Assembly: GCA_963703345.1 (NCBI GenBank)
Contig: OY969814.1
Coordinates: 1,184,001-1,248,000 of the forward strand
Reading direction: 5' to 3'
Length of the DNA: 64,000 nucleotides
Origin: an uncultured Chloroflexia bacterium
Lineage (GTDB): Bacteria > Chloroflexota > Dehalococcoidia > DSTF01 > JALHUB01
The position numbers and the translations under genes were made by a program. The notes under the pieces were generated by a model that had not been told where the DNA came from, ran no database searches, and was given only the letters and a program-made list of their open reading frames with translations. Positions within the stretch are counted from its first letter, which is position 1; each line of letters begins with the position of its first letter. Shown here piece after piece: positions 28,261-38,626 of the stretch.

Positions 28261-28351
28261 GGACTCGTCGCGCCGCAAGTCGCCACCTCGTTAGCGCTCT
28301 CCTTCCGCCTCGATGTATGATCGCCTCGATTTCCATTTAGAGGAGCGGGCA

Positions 28352-29575
28352 TTGGCGCGAGGCGCATTCCAGGGCGTTAAGGTCGTCGAGCTTGGCGGCA
28401 TGGTCTCAGGACCTTACTGCGGCAAGCTCCTGGCCGACATGGGCGCCGACGTCATCAAAGTCGAAGAGCCCCCCGACGGCGATGCCGCGCGACGCCGCGG
28501 CCCCTTCCCGGATGACTCGCCGCACCCCGAGCGAAGCGGTCTCTTCCTCAACCTCAACACCAGCAAACGCGGCATCGCCCTCGACCTCAATTCCACCGCC
28601 GGACGCGACATCCTGACCCGACTCGCCGGCTGGGCGGACGTTCTGATCGACAATCACCCGCCGGGACGGCTCGAATCGCTCGGGCTGGGCTGGGAAACGC
28701 TGCACGAACGGCACTCGAAGCTTATCGTCACCTCTATCACGCCTTACGGACGGACCGGCCGGCGCTCCGGCTGGAAAGGGACCGACCTCACCGGCTACCA
28801 CGGCGGCGGCGTCGGCACGCTGCTCCCGCCGCGCTCGCCCGACGTCAGCCGTCCGCCGGTCAAGGCCGGCGGCTACCCCACCGGCTACCACGCGGGCCTC
28901 ACGGCGGCGCTCGCAACTGCAGCGGCGCTGCTTGGCCGCGACGACGGCGAAGGCAGCCTGATCGATGTCTCCGAGCAGGAGAGCATTCTTGCCATGATCC
29001 GCGGCGTGCTTGCCAACAATGTCCACCAGCGCGTCACCTGGAGTCGCGTCACCGACCGCCCACCCTACATGGGACGCATGGAGTGCGAAGACGGGTACGT
29101 CGTCTTGTTCGTCGTCGAGGACGCCCACTGGCGCGGCCTGGTCGAACTGATGGGCAATCCCGACTGGGCGTCCGGCGATGAGTGGAACAGCTTCCCTTAC
29201 CGGATGGGCCACATGTTCGAGATCGGCGACAAGATGGACGAATGGGCGAGACACCTGAAGAAAGAGGACTTCCACCATCAGGGCTCCGCCAGGGGCTTCT
29301 CCGTCGGCACGATGTACAACGCCGAAGAGGTGCTGAACAATCGCCAGTACCGGGCCCGCGACTACTTCGTGGACGTTGACCACCCGCAGGCCGGAAAGTT
29401 CCGATACGCCGGCTGGCCCTACAAAATGACCGCCTCGCCGCCGCAGGTCAGCCGTCCGGCCCCACTGCTCGGCCAGCACAACGATGAGGTGCTCCGCGAA
29501 CTCCTCGGCTGCTCGGAGGCCGAATGCGAGGCGCTACGCCGCTCGGGCGCTGTCTGGAAGGACGCCGCTCCATGA
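28352..29575 (+). CDS. Class III (CaiB/BaiF) CoA-transferase, subunit 1
   Basis: GPYCGKLLADMGADVIKVE, LNTSKRGIALDL, SITPYG, APLLGQHN; AGGAG RBS before TTG 28352. Confidence 0.9.
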   Translation: MARGAFQGVKVVELGGMVSGPYCGKLLADMGADVIKVEEPPDGDAARRRGPFPDDSPHPERSGLFLNLNTSKRGIALDLNSTAGRDILTRLAGWADVLIDNHPPGRLESLGLGWETLHERHSKLIVTSITPYGRTGRRSGWKGTDLTGYHGGGVGTLLPPRSPDVSRPPVKAGGYPTGYHAGLTAALATAAALLGRDDGEGSLIDVSEQESILAMIRGVLANNVHQRVTWSRVTDRPPYMGRMECEDGYVVLFVVEDAHWRGLVELMGNPDWASGDEWNSFPYRMGHMFEIGDKMDEWARHLKKEDFHHQGSARGFSVGTMYNAEEVLNNRQYRARDYFVDVDHPQAGKFRYAGWPYKMTASPPQVSRPAPLLGQHNDEVLRELLGCSEAECEALRRSGAVWKDAAP

Positions 29576-30807
29576 GCAGCCAACAACGCTTGCCGCTGGA
29601 AGGCGTCCGAGTGGTCGACATGACGTGGGTCTGGGCCGGCCCCTACAGCGGCATGCTGCTCGCTGCTCTCGGCGCCGAAGTCATCAAGATCGAAAGCCGC
29701 GACCGCCTCGACTTCTTCCGCCGCTACGTTATATGGCCTCTCGCCGACGCCGCGCCGACCGAGCTGGGCACCGAGGAATCGATGATGTTCCTCATCGCCA
29801 ACATGAACAAGCTCAGCGTTGCCCTAAACCTGGCGCGGCCCGAAGGTATGGATCTCCTGAAACGCCTGATAGCCGTCAGCGACGTGATCATCGAGAATAT
29901 GCGGCCCGGCGTCATGGATCGCATCGGCCTCGGCTACGAGGCGCTTTCCCGCATCAATCCGGGAATCATCATGCTCTCCTCCAGCGCCCGCGGCGGCGAA
30001 GGCCCGGAGAGTCATTATGCCGGCTATGCCGCGGTCAACCACGCCGTCGGCGGTGGCGCCTACATCACGGGCTACGAGGACGGCCCGCCCGCCCACGCCG
30101 TCGGCGACGTCGACATGATGAACGCGACGGCGGCCGCTCTTGCCGTTCTCGCCGCGCTTCACCATCGCCGGCAGACGGGCGAAGGCCAGTTCATCGACTA
30201 CTCGCAGTGCGAAGGCGTAACCTCCCTCATCGGCGAAGTGCTCCTGGAGTACCAGATGACCGGCCGCATCCCCGGGCGCAGAGGCAACAGCGACGAGCTC
30301 ATGGCGCCGCACAACGTTTACCCCTGCTGGGGCGTCGACCGCTGGCTGGCCATCGCCGTCGAGACCGATGGAGAGTTCGCCGCTCTTTGCCGCATCATGG
30401 AGATGCCGCAGCTTGCCACTGACTCCCGCTTCGTTGATGCCGCCGCTCGCAAGCGCAACGAAGCGGCCCTGGACGAAATCGTCGCCTCCTGGACGCGACG
30501 CCAGGACCGTGACTACGCTGCGAACCGCCTCGGCGCCGCCGGCGTCGCTGCCGCGCCCGCCCGCGACGGCCAGGACCTCTTCCGCGATCCGCATCTGCGG
30601 GAGCGAGGCGCCTTCGTCGAGGTGGAGCGCCCCGATGGCGGCTCGAAATACGACCTGGTGGGGCTGCCCTGGAAGATGTCGAACTGCGAACCGCAGTTAA
30701 AGCGCGCACCAACGCTCGGCGAGCACAACGCGTACGTGCTGGAGAAGGTGCTGGGGCTGGCGCCCTCGGAGATCGAGCGATTACGGCGCGAGCGCGTCAT
30801 CGACTAA
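29572..30807 (+). CDS. Class III (CaiB/BaiF) CoA-transferase, subunit 2
   Basis: LEGVRVVDMTWVWAGP, LGAEVIKIES, ENMRPGVM, AVGD (catalytic Asp), GEGQFID, APTLGEHN; ATGA coupling. Confidence 0.9.
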   Translation: MSSQQRLPLEGVRVVDMTWVWAGPYSGMLLAALGAEVIKIESRDRLDFFRRYVIWPLADAAPTELGTEESMMFLIANMNKLSVALNLARPEGMDLLKRLIAVSDVIIENMRPGVMDRIGLGYEALSRINPGIIMLSSSARGGEGPESHYAGYAAVNHAVGGGAYITGYEDGPPAHAVGDVDMMNATAAALAVLAALHHRRQTGEGQFIDYSQCEGVTSLIGEVLLEYQMTGRIPGRRGNSDELMAPHNVYPCWGVDRWLAIAVETDGEFAALCRIMEMPQLATDSRFVDAAARKRNEAALDEIVASWTRRQDRDYAANRLGAAGVAAAPARDGQDLFRDPHLRERGAFVEVERPDGGSKYDLVGLPWKMSNCEPQLKRAPTLGEHNAYVLEKVLGLAPSEIERLRRERVID

Positions 30808-30831
30808 CGCGGACAAGAAAGGGCGCAACGT

Positions 30832-31266
30832 TTGAGCGACGAGGAGCACTTCCGGCGGCTGGAGCGAATGTTCGCCTCGGCTCCCATCAACGACTTCTTT
30901 CGACCCGTTATGCGCGTCTCGGAAGGCCGCGCCGTGATCACGATAGAGGTGCGGCGCGATTTCTTCCACGCGGCAAACGCTGTCCACGCAGCTTTCTACT
31001 TCAAGGCGCTGGACGACGCCGCGTTCTTCGCCGTCAGTTCGCTGGTGCCTGACGTATTCATGCTGACCGCGTCGTTGAACGCCCACTTGCTGCGTCCGGT
31101 TTCAGAGGGAGAGATCACGGCCGTCGGTGAGGTTGTCCACCGTTCGCGGCGACTGTTCGTCGCTGAGTCGAAACTTTCCGACTCTGGGGGCAGGGAGCTT
31201 GCCCGGGGGAGCGCTACTTTCATGCGCAGCGATATTCCGCTGTCGCCGGCCATCGGCTACGCATAG
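30832..31266 (+). CDS. PaaI-family hotdog thioesterase
   Basis: FFHAANAVHAAFYFKALDDAAFFA, LNAHLLRPV, ARGSATF. Confidence 0.85.
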   Translation: MSDEEHFRRLERMFASAPINDFFRPVMRVSEGRAVITIEVRRDFFHAANAVHAAFYFKALDDAAFFAVSSLVPDVFMLTASLNAHLLRPVSEGEITAVGEVVHRSRRLFVAESKLSDSGGRELARGSATFMRSDIPLSPAIGYA

Positions 31267-31326
31267 CGGGTGCCCGCGCGACATCCTCGAAGCCGCGCGC
31301 ATGAGAAGCGCGATGGTGGTGATTCG

Positions 31327-31644
31327 CTACAACTGCGGTTGCGGTTGCTGATTGTCGGAGCCGTGCGTCATGTAGCAATCGCGACAATAGACCGGCCTTC
31401 CCTCTTTCGGCTGGAAGGGCACTGTCGTCTCCTTGCCGCAGGAGGCGCAGACCGCGGGGAACATCTCCCGCGTTCGCACGGAGCTGCCGCCCGCCGCCCG
31501 CTCACTCCGCCGCGCCGCTCGACAGGACGGGCAACGTTTCGGCTCGGTGTACGACCTGCTGGCGAAGAACTCCTGCTCCTCCGCTGAAAAGACGAACTCC
31601 GAACCACAACCTTGACAAGTGAGAATCTTCTCTTCGAATGGCAC
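31327..31644 (-). CDS. Zinc-ribbon / CxxC-x17-CxxC domain protein
   Basis: CQGCGSEFVFSAEEQEFF, PKRCPSCR, AVCASCG..TTVPFQP..GRPVYCRDC. Confidence 0.9.
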   Translation of the reverse strand: MPFEEKILTCQGCGSEFVFSAEEQEFFASRSYTEPKRCPSCRAARRSERAAGGSSVRTREMFPAVCASCGKETTVPFQPKEGRPVYCRDCYMTHGSDNQQPQPQL

Positions 31645-31821
31645 GATGACCTCCTTGAAAAAGCCGGCGCGGCTCGGTCATCGGCCTGCCTCGACGAGGC
31701 GCCGAGGCCAAACAGCAGTACCGGATGTTTAGACCCCGACAGACTAGAACATGCAGAAAGATATTGCAAGTACTTTCCCCAAAGGAATTGAGCGCCGAAT
31801 CCGCGTCTGCCCGAGTTTCGG

Positions 31822-34458
31822 TTACTGCAACTTCTTGTGCAATGTCGCTGAGAGGACTTCACTATAGAGAGGGTCGCGGGGGAAGTAGACCACGGCGTCC
31901 AGTGCCGGCAGGCCCTGCGGCAGCGAGCGGTCGGCCAGGTAGCGGCCCCACTTCTCCCAGGCGCTCGCGTCGAACATCTCGCGCACAACCTGGGACGAGG
32001 TGAGCCCACGGTAATCGGTCGGGAACCACCAGCGATGATGGTAGCGCGTTCCCTCCGTGAAGAGGGTCGGATCGATCTTGAGATAGGAGTTGTCCTGCCA
32101 TTTCGCCAGCACGATGCTGCCCGGCGGCGGCGTATAGTCTTTGTCGATGTTCTGGATCGTCAGGTTCTCGTACTTACGCAGGTACCACGCCCACGGCCAG
32201 GAGAAATCGTCGTTGGCGTCAATCACTATCGGCAATTGGACGCCCTCGCCCGAGACGGCCGCGATCTTATCGATGGCGTCCCGCACGACCGGGATGTCCG
32301 GCGAAGACTGCACGTAGTCGAGCATCTCGACCGGCGTGTCGCCCCGGTCCGTCGAAGCCAGGGTGTTCGCGTCTTTCAGCAGGTCCGGGTGCCCCCAACT
32401 CGAAAGCACGGAGGCGCGTACGGTGAACACGAGCAGCGCTGCGCCCAGCGCCGTCCCGGCGATGCGAAGGGCGGCCTGAGGGCTGAAAGAGCGCCCTGAC
32501 CAGACTATCGTTAAGAGCGCCGCGACGACCAACAGCCAGCCGGCCACGGCGGGCCCGCTCTCGGCGCCGGCGAGCACGAACAGACCTACGGCAAGCGCCG
32601 TCGAAAGCGTCGCCAGGGCAAGCGGCGCCCAGCGTCGCAGCGGCGGCAGCTCGACCCGCAGCTCCAGCCCCGCGATCAGGCTGCCGATCGACCGCCCGCC
32701 AAGCAGCGCCAGCGGCAACGCGATATGCACGTTGAGCCAGGGCATCTTCTCCCCGGCGACGGTGAAGGCGAACAGCGCCGAAAGCGTCCAGTAGAGAAGG
32801 AAGCGACTCAGTGCGTCCATCGGCAGCACGAGCATCGCGGCTATGATCGTGACGAAGCCGGCCTCCGTGCGGTAGGGGCCGATGAGCGGCGCCTGCCCGC
32901 CGACGGTCGCCAGCGTGACGACGACCGCCAGAGCAGCGAGCGCTATCAGCCGCTGTGAGCGCCTTCCCCGCAGGAAGTAGAAGCCCACGGTCCCCAGCGC
33001 GAAGACCAGCGGCAGAAACTCGTAGACCGGCAACAGCATGAAGTAGTAGTAGCCCGGCTCGTTCCCCAGGTTCACGCCTTGCTGTCCCAGCCAGTAGTCA
33101 AGCGATCCCCAGGTGCCGCTCCAGAAACCGTTGGCATTCGTAAAGAACGACGTGAAGAAGAAGATGAAGATAGCCCAGAATATGGCCGCGGATGCCAGCC
33201 AGACCTGCCGACGCCACAGAATGCCGAAGAAGAAGGCGATGCCCATGAGCGTTAGAACCGTCGCGTGCATGACCGGCACTTCGCTGGCCGCGTTGTAGCT
33301 GCCGCGGTCGCCGACGAAGGGCAGCTTCTCCACGGCGGCGGCGCAGAGCGGCAGCGTCAGGCAGCCGACCAGCATCATCAGGTGGCCGGCGCGGGGGAAG
33401 ACCTCCAGTCGCAGGCGACGGCGCAGCGAGCCGAGGAGCGGCCAGAAAGGGAGCAACAGGGGCGTTGCCGGCAAGAACGCGGCGTGGACGGCGACGCGTC
33501 GCAGTTGGAAAGCGATTCCGGTTGGCGCCGGAGCGGCGGGCCGCCCGACAGCCTCTCGCATCTTCGCCAGGCGCCGGTTGTACGACTGCCGCTTGCCGGC
33601 ATCGGAAAGCACGGCGAATGCCTGCTGGATGCTTCGAGCGTCTTCGCCGCGCTGCCCCTTCGCCAGCCGGCGATAGGCGCGCCGCATGTCTTTGACGGAC
33701 GCGTCATCCGCCAAGCCGAGCAGCTCGTAGTGGCTCGGCTGGCCGCCTTCAGACGCCGCGTCTCCAGGCGCGTCGGGCGTCGCCTCGCCGAGGACCTGCG
33801 CCGCCAGCTCGCGCGCCGCCAGCATGTCGAGGTAGACGAGCAGCAGCGCGACGATGATGTAGGCGACCTCTTTCGTGGCGAAGGTGAGCGCCAGGAGGGC
33901 TGCAATCATATAGAGGTAAAGGCGTCGCGGTTGCTGAAGATAGCGCCAGACGCAGATGAACGTCGCCAGCGTGAAGAAGGCGACGTAGATGTCCTCGCGG
34001 GCAAAGCGACTAAAGTAGAGAAGCGTCGGCGACACTGCGAGCAGCAGCGATGCGACGATGGCCCCCGTCCGACCGAGATGGCCGCGAAGCAAGAACGGCA
34101 GGCCCACCAGCGCCGTGCCGAACAGCGCCGGCAGCACTCGCGCTGTGTAGTCGCTGTCGCCGAAGAGGACGAACACCAGCGCCGTGCCGAGAACCTGGAA
34201 CGGGCCCTGTGTCAGGGGGTTGTGGATGTAGCCGCGGCCGTCGGCGAGCTGCCAGGCGAAGCCGGCATGGATCGCTTCGTCAGCGTGGAACGTGCGGGCG
34301 CCGAGGTCCCAGAAGCGGAGCAACGCGGCAATGGCCAGTATCGCCGCTAAGACGACAAGCTCCCAACGGGTGACGGGGAATCGCCGTCCGAGAAGTGGCT
34401 TGTCGACGCGGCCCTTGACGCGGCCTTGAATTCGGGCGGAGTTCGTGATTCCGGCCAT
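31822..34458 (-). CDS. TIGR03663/Agl23-like membrane-bound (GT-C) glycosyltransferase with an inserted J-like domain
   Basis: LRFWDLG.RTFHADEAIHA, YFSRFARED, ATKE, SLDYWLGQQ, LLPVYEFLP, AGEKMPWL, WPWAWYLR; many TM helices. Confidence 0.85.
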   Translation of the reverse strand: MAGITNSARIQGRVKGRVDKPLLGRRFPVTRWELVVLAAILAIAALLRFWDLGARTFHADEAIHAGFAWQLADGRGYIHNPLTQGPFQVLGTALVFVLFGDSDYTARVLPALFGTALVGLPFLLRGHLGRTGAIVASLLLAVSPTLLYFSRFAREDIYVAFFTLATFICVWRYLQQPRRLYLYMIAALLALTFATKEVAYIIVALLLVYLDMLAARELAAQVLGEATPDAPGDAASEGGQPSHYELLGLADDASVKDMRRAYRRLAKGQRGEDARSIQQAFAVLSDAGKRQSYNRRLAKMREAVGRPAAPAPTGIAFQLRRVAVHAAFLPATPLLLPFWPLLGSLRRRLRLEVFPRAGHLMMLVGCLTLPLCAAAVEKLPFVGDRGSYNAASEVPVMHATVLTLMGIAFFFGILWRRQVWLASAAIFWAIFIFFFTSFFTNANGFWSGTWGSLDYWLGQQGVNLGNEPGYYYFMLLPVYEFLPLVFALGTVGFYFLRGRRSQRLIALAALAVVVTLATVGGQAPLIGPYRTEAGFVTIIAAMLVLPMDALSRFLLYWTLSALFAFTVAGEKMPWLNVHIALPLALLGGRSIGSLIAGLELRVELPPLRRWAPLALATLSTALAVGLFVLAGAESGPAVAGWLLVVAALLTIVWSGRSFSPQAALRIAGTALGAALLVFTVRASVLSSWGHPDLLKDANTLASTDRGDTPVEMLDYVQSSPDIPVVRDAIDKIAAVSGEGVQLPIVIDANDDFSWPWAWYLRKYENLTIQNIDKDYTPPPGSIVLAKWQDNSYLKIDPTLFTEGTRYHHRWWFPTDYRGLTSSQVVREMFDASAWEKWGRYLADRSLPQGLPALDAVVYFPRDPLYSEVLSATLHKKLQ

Positions 34459-34855
34459 CCCTGCCTCCTGCGCCCGGGTCCGAATAAGGGGTCTAGAGCG
34501 CAACACTCCTCTTGCAGTCCTCCGATTATCGGTGCCACGCACTACGTCGTGGCGTAGGGAGGACGCCTATTCCCGGAGAGGGAGGCACGAATTCGTCGCC
34601 GAAATCGCCTTAGACGGCGAAATACCTTTACTCAAGGGGCGGGCGGATGATACCCTGCCACCTGATGTCCGTTTCCGTAATTCGTCGGCGGGATTTCTTG
34701 TGCTAAGAGAAAGCAGGTAGTACACTTCAAACCACGTCGGAGCAGATACGCCGTCGGCCCTTCTTGCGGCCTGCCGGCGTTCTGTGGCGGCCGGTACGCG
34801 TAACGCAAGAAGCGTATTTCGCCGAACACACCTGGCGTTCTCAGAGGTTGGCTGC

Positions 34856-35740
34856 ATGGACCAGTTTATACAGCAGTTTGCGACCGGGCTCTCGACCGGC
34901 AGCCTCTACGCCATCATCGCCCTGTCCCTCGTCCTGATCTACCGTTCAACAGGCATCGTCAACTTCGCCCAGGGCGAGATGGCGATGTTCATGACCTTTG
35001 TGGCGTGGTCGGTCTGGAACGTGAATGGCCATTTCTGGGTGGCCTTCTTCATTACGCTCGTGATCGCCGCTGCGTTCGGCGCCCTGCTGGAGATGATAGT
35101 CTTGCGGCCGGTCGAGACGGGGCCCATTCTCAATCCGGTCATCGTCACCCTGGGGCTTTTCACTGTTATCGAGAGCGTGGCGCTGCGCATCTGGCAGGGT
35201 GAGCCCAAGTTCTTCCCCTCGCCCAGCGCTTTCAAGGGCGCTCCCCTGAAGCTGGGTCCCGCCGCCATCAGTCGCACCAACATCGGCGTCTTCTGCATGG
35301 CGATCGTCATAATGCTCCTCATCTACTTCTTCTTCAATTACACGAAGCTTGGCCTTGCAATGCGGGCGACGGCGCAGAACCGCGTAGCCGGCTCGCTCGT
35401 CGGTATACGCGTGGGACGGATGCTCGCCCTGGGCTGGGCGCTTTCGTCAATGGTCGGCGCGGTGGCGGGCATGCTGCTGGCGCCGACGCTATTCCTTTCG
35501 CCCAGCATGATGGTCGGCGTGCTCCTCTTCGCCTTTGCTGCGGCTGTGCTTGGTGGACTCGATAGCCCGGTAGGGGCCATCGTGGGTGGGCTGTCAATCG
35601 GCGTGATTCAGAACATGGCGGGCACCTATATCCCCAACGGTTCCAACATCGACATCACAGTTGCCTTCGTTGTAATCATTGCCGTTCTGCTGGTTCGTCC
35701 TCACGGCATATTCGGTAGAAAGGTTGTTCAGAGGGTCTAA
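34856..35740 (+). CDS. livH: HAAT-family ABC permease, LivH-like
   Basis: GSLYAIIAL.LVLIY..TGIVNFAQGE, TKLGLAMRATAQN, AFAAAVLGGL. Confidence 0.9.
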   Translation: MDQFIQQFATGLSTGSLYAIIALSLVLIYRSTGIVNFAQGEMAMFMTFVAWSVWNVNGHFWVAFFITLVIAAAFGALLEMIVLRPVETGPILNPVIVTLGLFTVIESVALRIWQGEPKFFPSPSAFKGAPLKLGPAAISRTNIGVFCMAIVIMLLIYFFFNYTKLGLAMRATAQNRVAGSLVGIRVGRMLALGWALSSMVGAVAGMLLAPTLFLSPSMMVGVLLFAFAAAVLGGLDSPVGAIVGGLSIGVIQNMAGTYIPNGSNIDITVAFVVIIAVLLVRPHGIFGRKVVQRV

Positions 35741-36840
35741 TGGTTCGTGCAATCTTCCGTCCCCGAATAATCTTCATCGCCCTGACCCTGGCCATACTGG
35801 TCTTATTTCCTTATCTCTACCGGCTTCCCTTCTTCAGTCACTTCCTCTCCAGCTTCCGGAACTTTCAAGCGACGCGCTTTGCCATCTGGCTTGTCATTCT
35901 CATGGGGTTGAACCTGCTGACCGGCTACAGCGGTCAGATATCCCTCGGCCACGCCGCGTTGGTGGCGGTCGGGGCTTACATTGCTGCGATCTTGATGAAG
36001 GACTCCGGCGCCCCGATCTTCCTCGCCGTGCTGGGGGCCGCCCTGTTGACCGGACTGTTGGGCTTCCTCATCGGCATACCGGCCCTGAGGCTTTCCGGAC
36101 CGTACCTGGCCATCGCGACGCTTGCCCTGATCATCGTCCTGCCGCAGATCCTGAAGCATCCCTCAATCGACCAGTGGACCGGGGGCGTGAGCGGCATCCG
36201 GCTGAGCAGTCCGCGCGTCCCCGTTTCCCTCGCCAACAACCTGGACATGAACGTCGACCAGTGGCTCTACTACAACTGCATGGCTGCTGCGCTCATAATG
36301 ACGGCGATGGCCTGGAGCCTGACGCGCAGCCGCTTTGGGCGCGGCTTCGTCGCCCTGCGCGACTCAGAGATTGGCGCTCAGCAGATGGGAATCAACGTTT
36401 CCCTGTACAAGATGACCGCCTTTGGAATCTCTTCGATGTACGCTGGCGCGGGCGGCGCGCTCTACTTCTACCAGGCCGCCTATCTTGGCCCTACCTCATT
36501 CGATATTCTTTTCTCGCTAACCCTACTCGTCATGATCGTCCTCGGAGGCCTCGCCTCCATTACCGGCACCATATTCGCTGCCCTAATAATGACCTTCCGC
36601 GTCGACATCACCAATTTCGTCGCCAACCACATACCGTTCGGCGACCAGATTGGCATTGAGAGCAGCCGCGGTGCCATCTTCGGCATCCTCCTCATCCTAT
36701 CGATCATCTTCACGCCGCGAGGCATCGCCGGGAACATCGAGCACATGAAAGAGGCGAACATAGGCGGCAAGTTGGCGGGCCTCTTTCGTCGATCAGATCG
36801 GCCCCCCCGGCAGAAAGAAGCAGAAACATCAAGCGATTGA
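35740..36840 (+). CDS. livM: HAAT-family ABC permease, LivM-like
   Basis: GLNLLTGYSGQISLGHAA, LRLSGPYLAIATL, ALRDSE, IVLGGL. Confidence 0.9.
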   Translation: MVRAIFRPRIIFIALTLAILVLFPYLYRLPFFSHFLSSFRNFQATRFAIWLVILMGLNLLTGYSGQISLGHAALVAVGAYIAAILMKDSGAPIFLAVLGAALLTGLLGFLIGIPALRLSGPYLAIATLALIIVLPQILKHPSIDQWTGGVSGIRLSSPRVPVSLANNLDMNVDQWLYYNCMAAALIMTAMAWSLTRSRFGRGFVALRDSEIGAQQMGINVSLYKMTAFGISSMYAGAGGALYFYQAAYLGPTSFDILFSLTLLVMIVLGGLASITGTIFAALIMTFRVDITNFVANHIPFGDQIGIESSRGAIFGILLILSIIFTPRGIAGNIEHMKEANIGGKLAGLFRRSDRPPRQKEAETSSD

Positions 36841-37012
36841 AGCGGGGGGCTTCACCAGGGGCGCAGTAGGCGCCGAGCTCGGGCAGACCACGGGCCATCC
36901 GTGTTTCGGCTGGCGTGCTTCAGAGGCAATCCCTAGAGAGCGCTGAAGCTCGCCGAATCAGTAGGGCAGGGCGGGAGGCTGCCGCCGTTGCTCCAGATCA
37001 AGTTAGACGGAG

Positions 37013-38398
37013 GTGAAAGGAATGTTCAAGTCTAGTCGTTTGGTCCTCCTTGTGATTGCGGCATTTATGGTCTTTGGGCTGTCGTTTGTTGCCTGTGGGG
37101 GGAGCAGCAACAACACGGCCAGCACCGGTGGCGGGACTCCAAGCTCCCAGGCATGGCCTACCCCGGTTGCCGGGCCGGGCGTCGGAGAAACCATCGGCGT
37201 CACTGACACGTCGGTAAAGCTCGGCACCCTTCTGCCCATCAGCAACACGACCGCTGCTGCCTGGGGTGTGCCGGAAGAGGCCGGCATGAAGGCCTGGTTC
37301 CAGTACGTTAACGACAACGGCGGTATCTACGGCCGGAAGATCGACCTGGATATCGGCGACAGCCAGTACACAGGGCCGGCTGGAAGCGAGGCGGGAAGGA
37401 AGCTAGTGGAGCAAGACGGCATATTCTCCATGTTTGGCACGATTGGCATCGAAGTTGAGCTGGCCATCATGCCCTATCTGCAGGAGAAAGGCATCCCGGA
37501 CATGTTCATCCAGGCGTCCGAGAGCGAGACTGTTAGCCCTATCTCCTATCAGCGCTACCGCTGGCTCCCTGACTACACCAAAGAGGGCGCTATCCTCGGT
37601 AAGTACATCGGTGAGAACTACAAGGACCAGAAGGTCGGCATCCTCGCCCAGAACGACTCGTTCGGCAAGGCCGGTGAGGCGGGCGTGAAGCAGGGTCTAA
37701 ACGACGCTGGCTCCAAATCTGCGACTACGACTCAGTACTACGACGCCACGGTCAGCGACGTGACTGCCCAGATGCAGCGGCTGAAGGCTGATGGTGCGCA
37801 GGTCATCGCGCTCTACGCCCAGCCCGGGCAGGCGGCCGGAGCGATAACCCAGGCCCGGACGACGCTCAGCTGGGACGTCCCCTTCTTCATGACGGGCGTC
37901 AACGCAGCCCAGATCATGGGCGCGCTCGCCGGCTACGCCAACATCCAGGGTGCGATCACAGTCTCCTTCGGCCCGCAGTCCGACCAGACAGAGTTTGCGG
38001 GGGTCAAGCAGTACCAAGACAACATGAAGAAGTACCAACCCGACGCGCAGATCAACAGCATTGGCTTCTCCGCCTACACACTCGCGCAGGTGATGACGGC
38101 GGTCCTGATCCAGACAGGGCCGGACCTCACCCGGACCAACTTCTTGAAGGCTGCTGAGTCGATCTGCAAGTGGGATAACGGAGTAGTATGGACGCCCAAG
38201 AGCCTGTCGCCAACGGACCACGACTGGCAGGAGTCGGAGATGTTCGTGAAGGCGACCGGAACTTCGGCTGACAACTTCAAGTGGGTGCCTTTCGGCGACG
38301 TCGTTGACTTCGAGACGACCAAAGACTGCAAGGCGCCAACCCCGCCGGCCGAAGCGACTAAGCAACCGGGGTACGCGCCGCAGGGCGTAACCAAGTAG
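37013..38398 (+). CDS. Liv-type (type 1 PBP) ABC substrate-binding lipoprotein 1
   Basis: Lipobox FVAC; GVTDTSVKLG, NDNGGIYGRKI, QNDSFG. Confidence 0.9.
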   Translation: MKGMFKSSRLVLLVIAAFMVFGLSFVACGGSSNNTASTGGGTPSSQAWPTPVAGPGVGETIGVTDTSVKLGTLLPISNTTAAAWGVPEEAGMKAWFQYVNDNGGIYGRKIDLDIGDSQYTGPAGSEAGRKLVEQDGIFSMFGTIGIEVELAIMPYLQEKGIPDMFIQASESETVSPISYQRYRWLPDYTKEGAILGKYIGENYKDQKVGILAQNDSFGKAGEAGVKQGLNDAGSKSATTTQYYDATVSDVTAQMQRLKADGAQVIALYAQPGQAAGAITQARTTLSWDVPFFMTGVNAAQIMGALAGYANIQGAITVSFGPQSDQTEFAGVKQYQDNMKKYQPDAQINSIGFSAYTLAQVMTAVLIQTGPDLTRTNFLKAAESICKWDNGVVWTPKSLSPTDHDWQESEMFVKATGTSADNFKWVPFGDVVDFETTKDCKAPTPPAEATKQPGYAPQGVTK

Positions 38399-38528
38399 AC
38401 CATAACCAAGTAGAACAATCGAATATAGGACCTGAGACAGGATACGGAGTCGCCGCTCGCTTGGCTAGCATGAGCGCTGCAGCGGTCACTCCGCCGGGCA
38501 CAAGTACGGCAGGAGATTGAACAATGCT

Positions 38529-38565
38529 GAGACAGCGGCGGCAACTGCCGCCGCTGTCTCTCTTT
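38529..38565 (+). terminator. Putative intrinsic terminator after binding protein 1
   Basis: gagacagcggcggca/tgccgccgctgtctc 15-bp inverted repeat followed by tcttt. Confidence 0.65.
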
Positions 38566-38626
38566 CCCTCGCCGCCCGAACATGTAGAGCGTGGAAGGGG
38601 CTGGATCAAGAACGGAGGTGAGAGGC

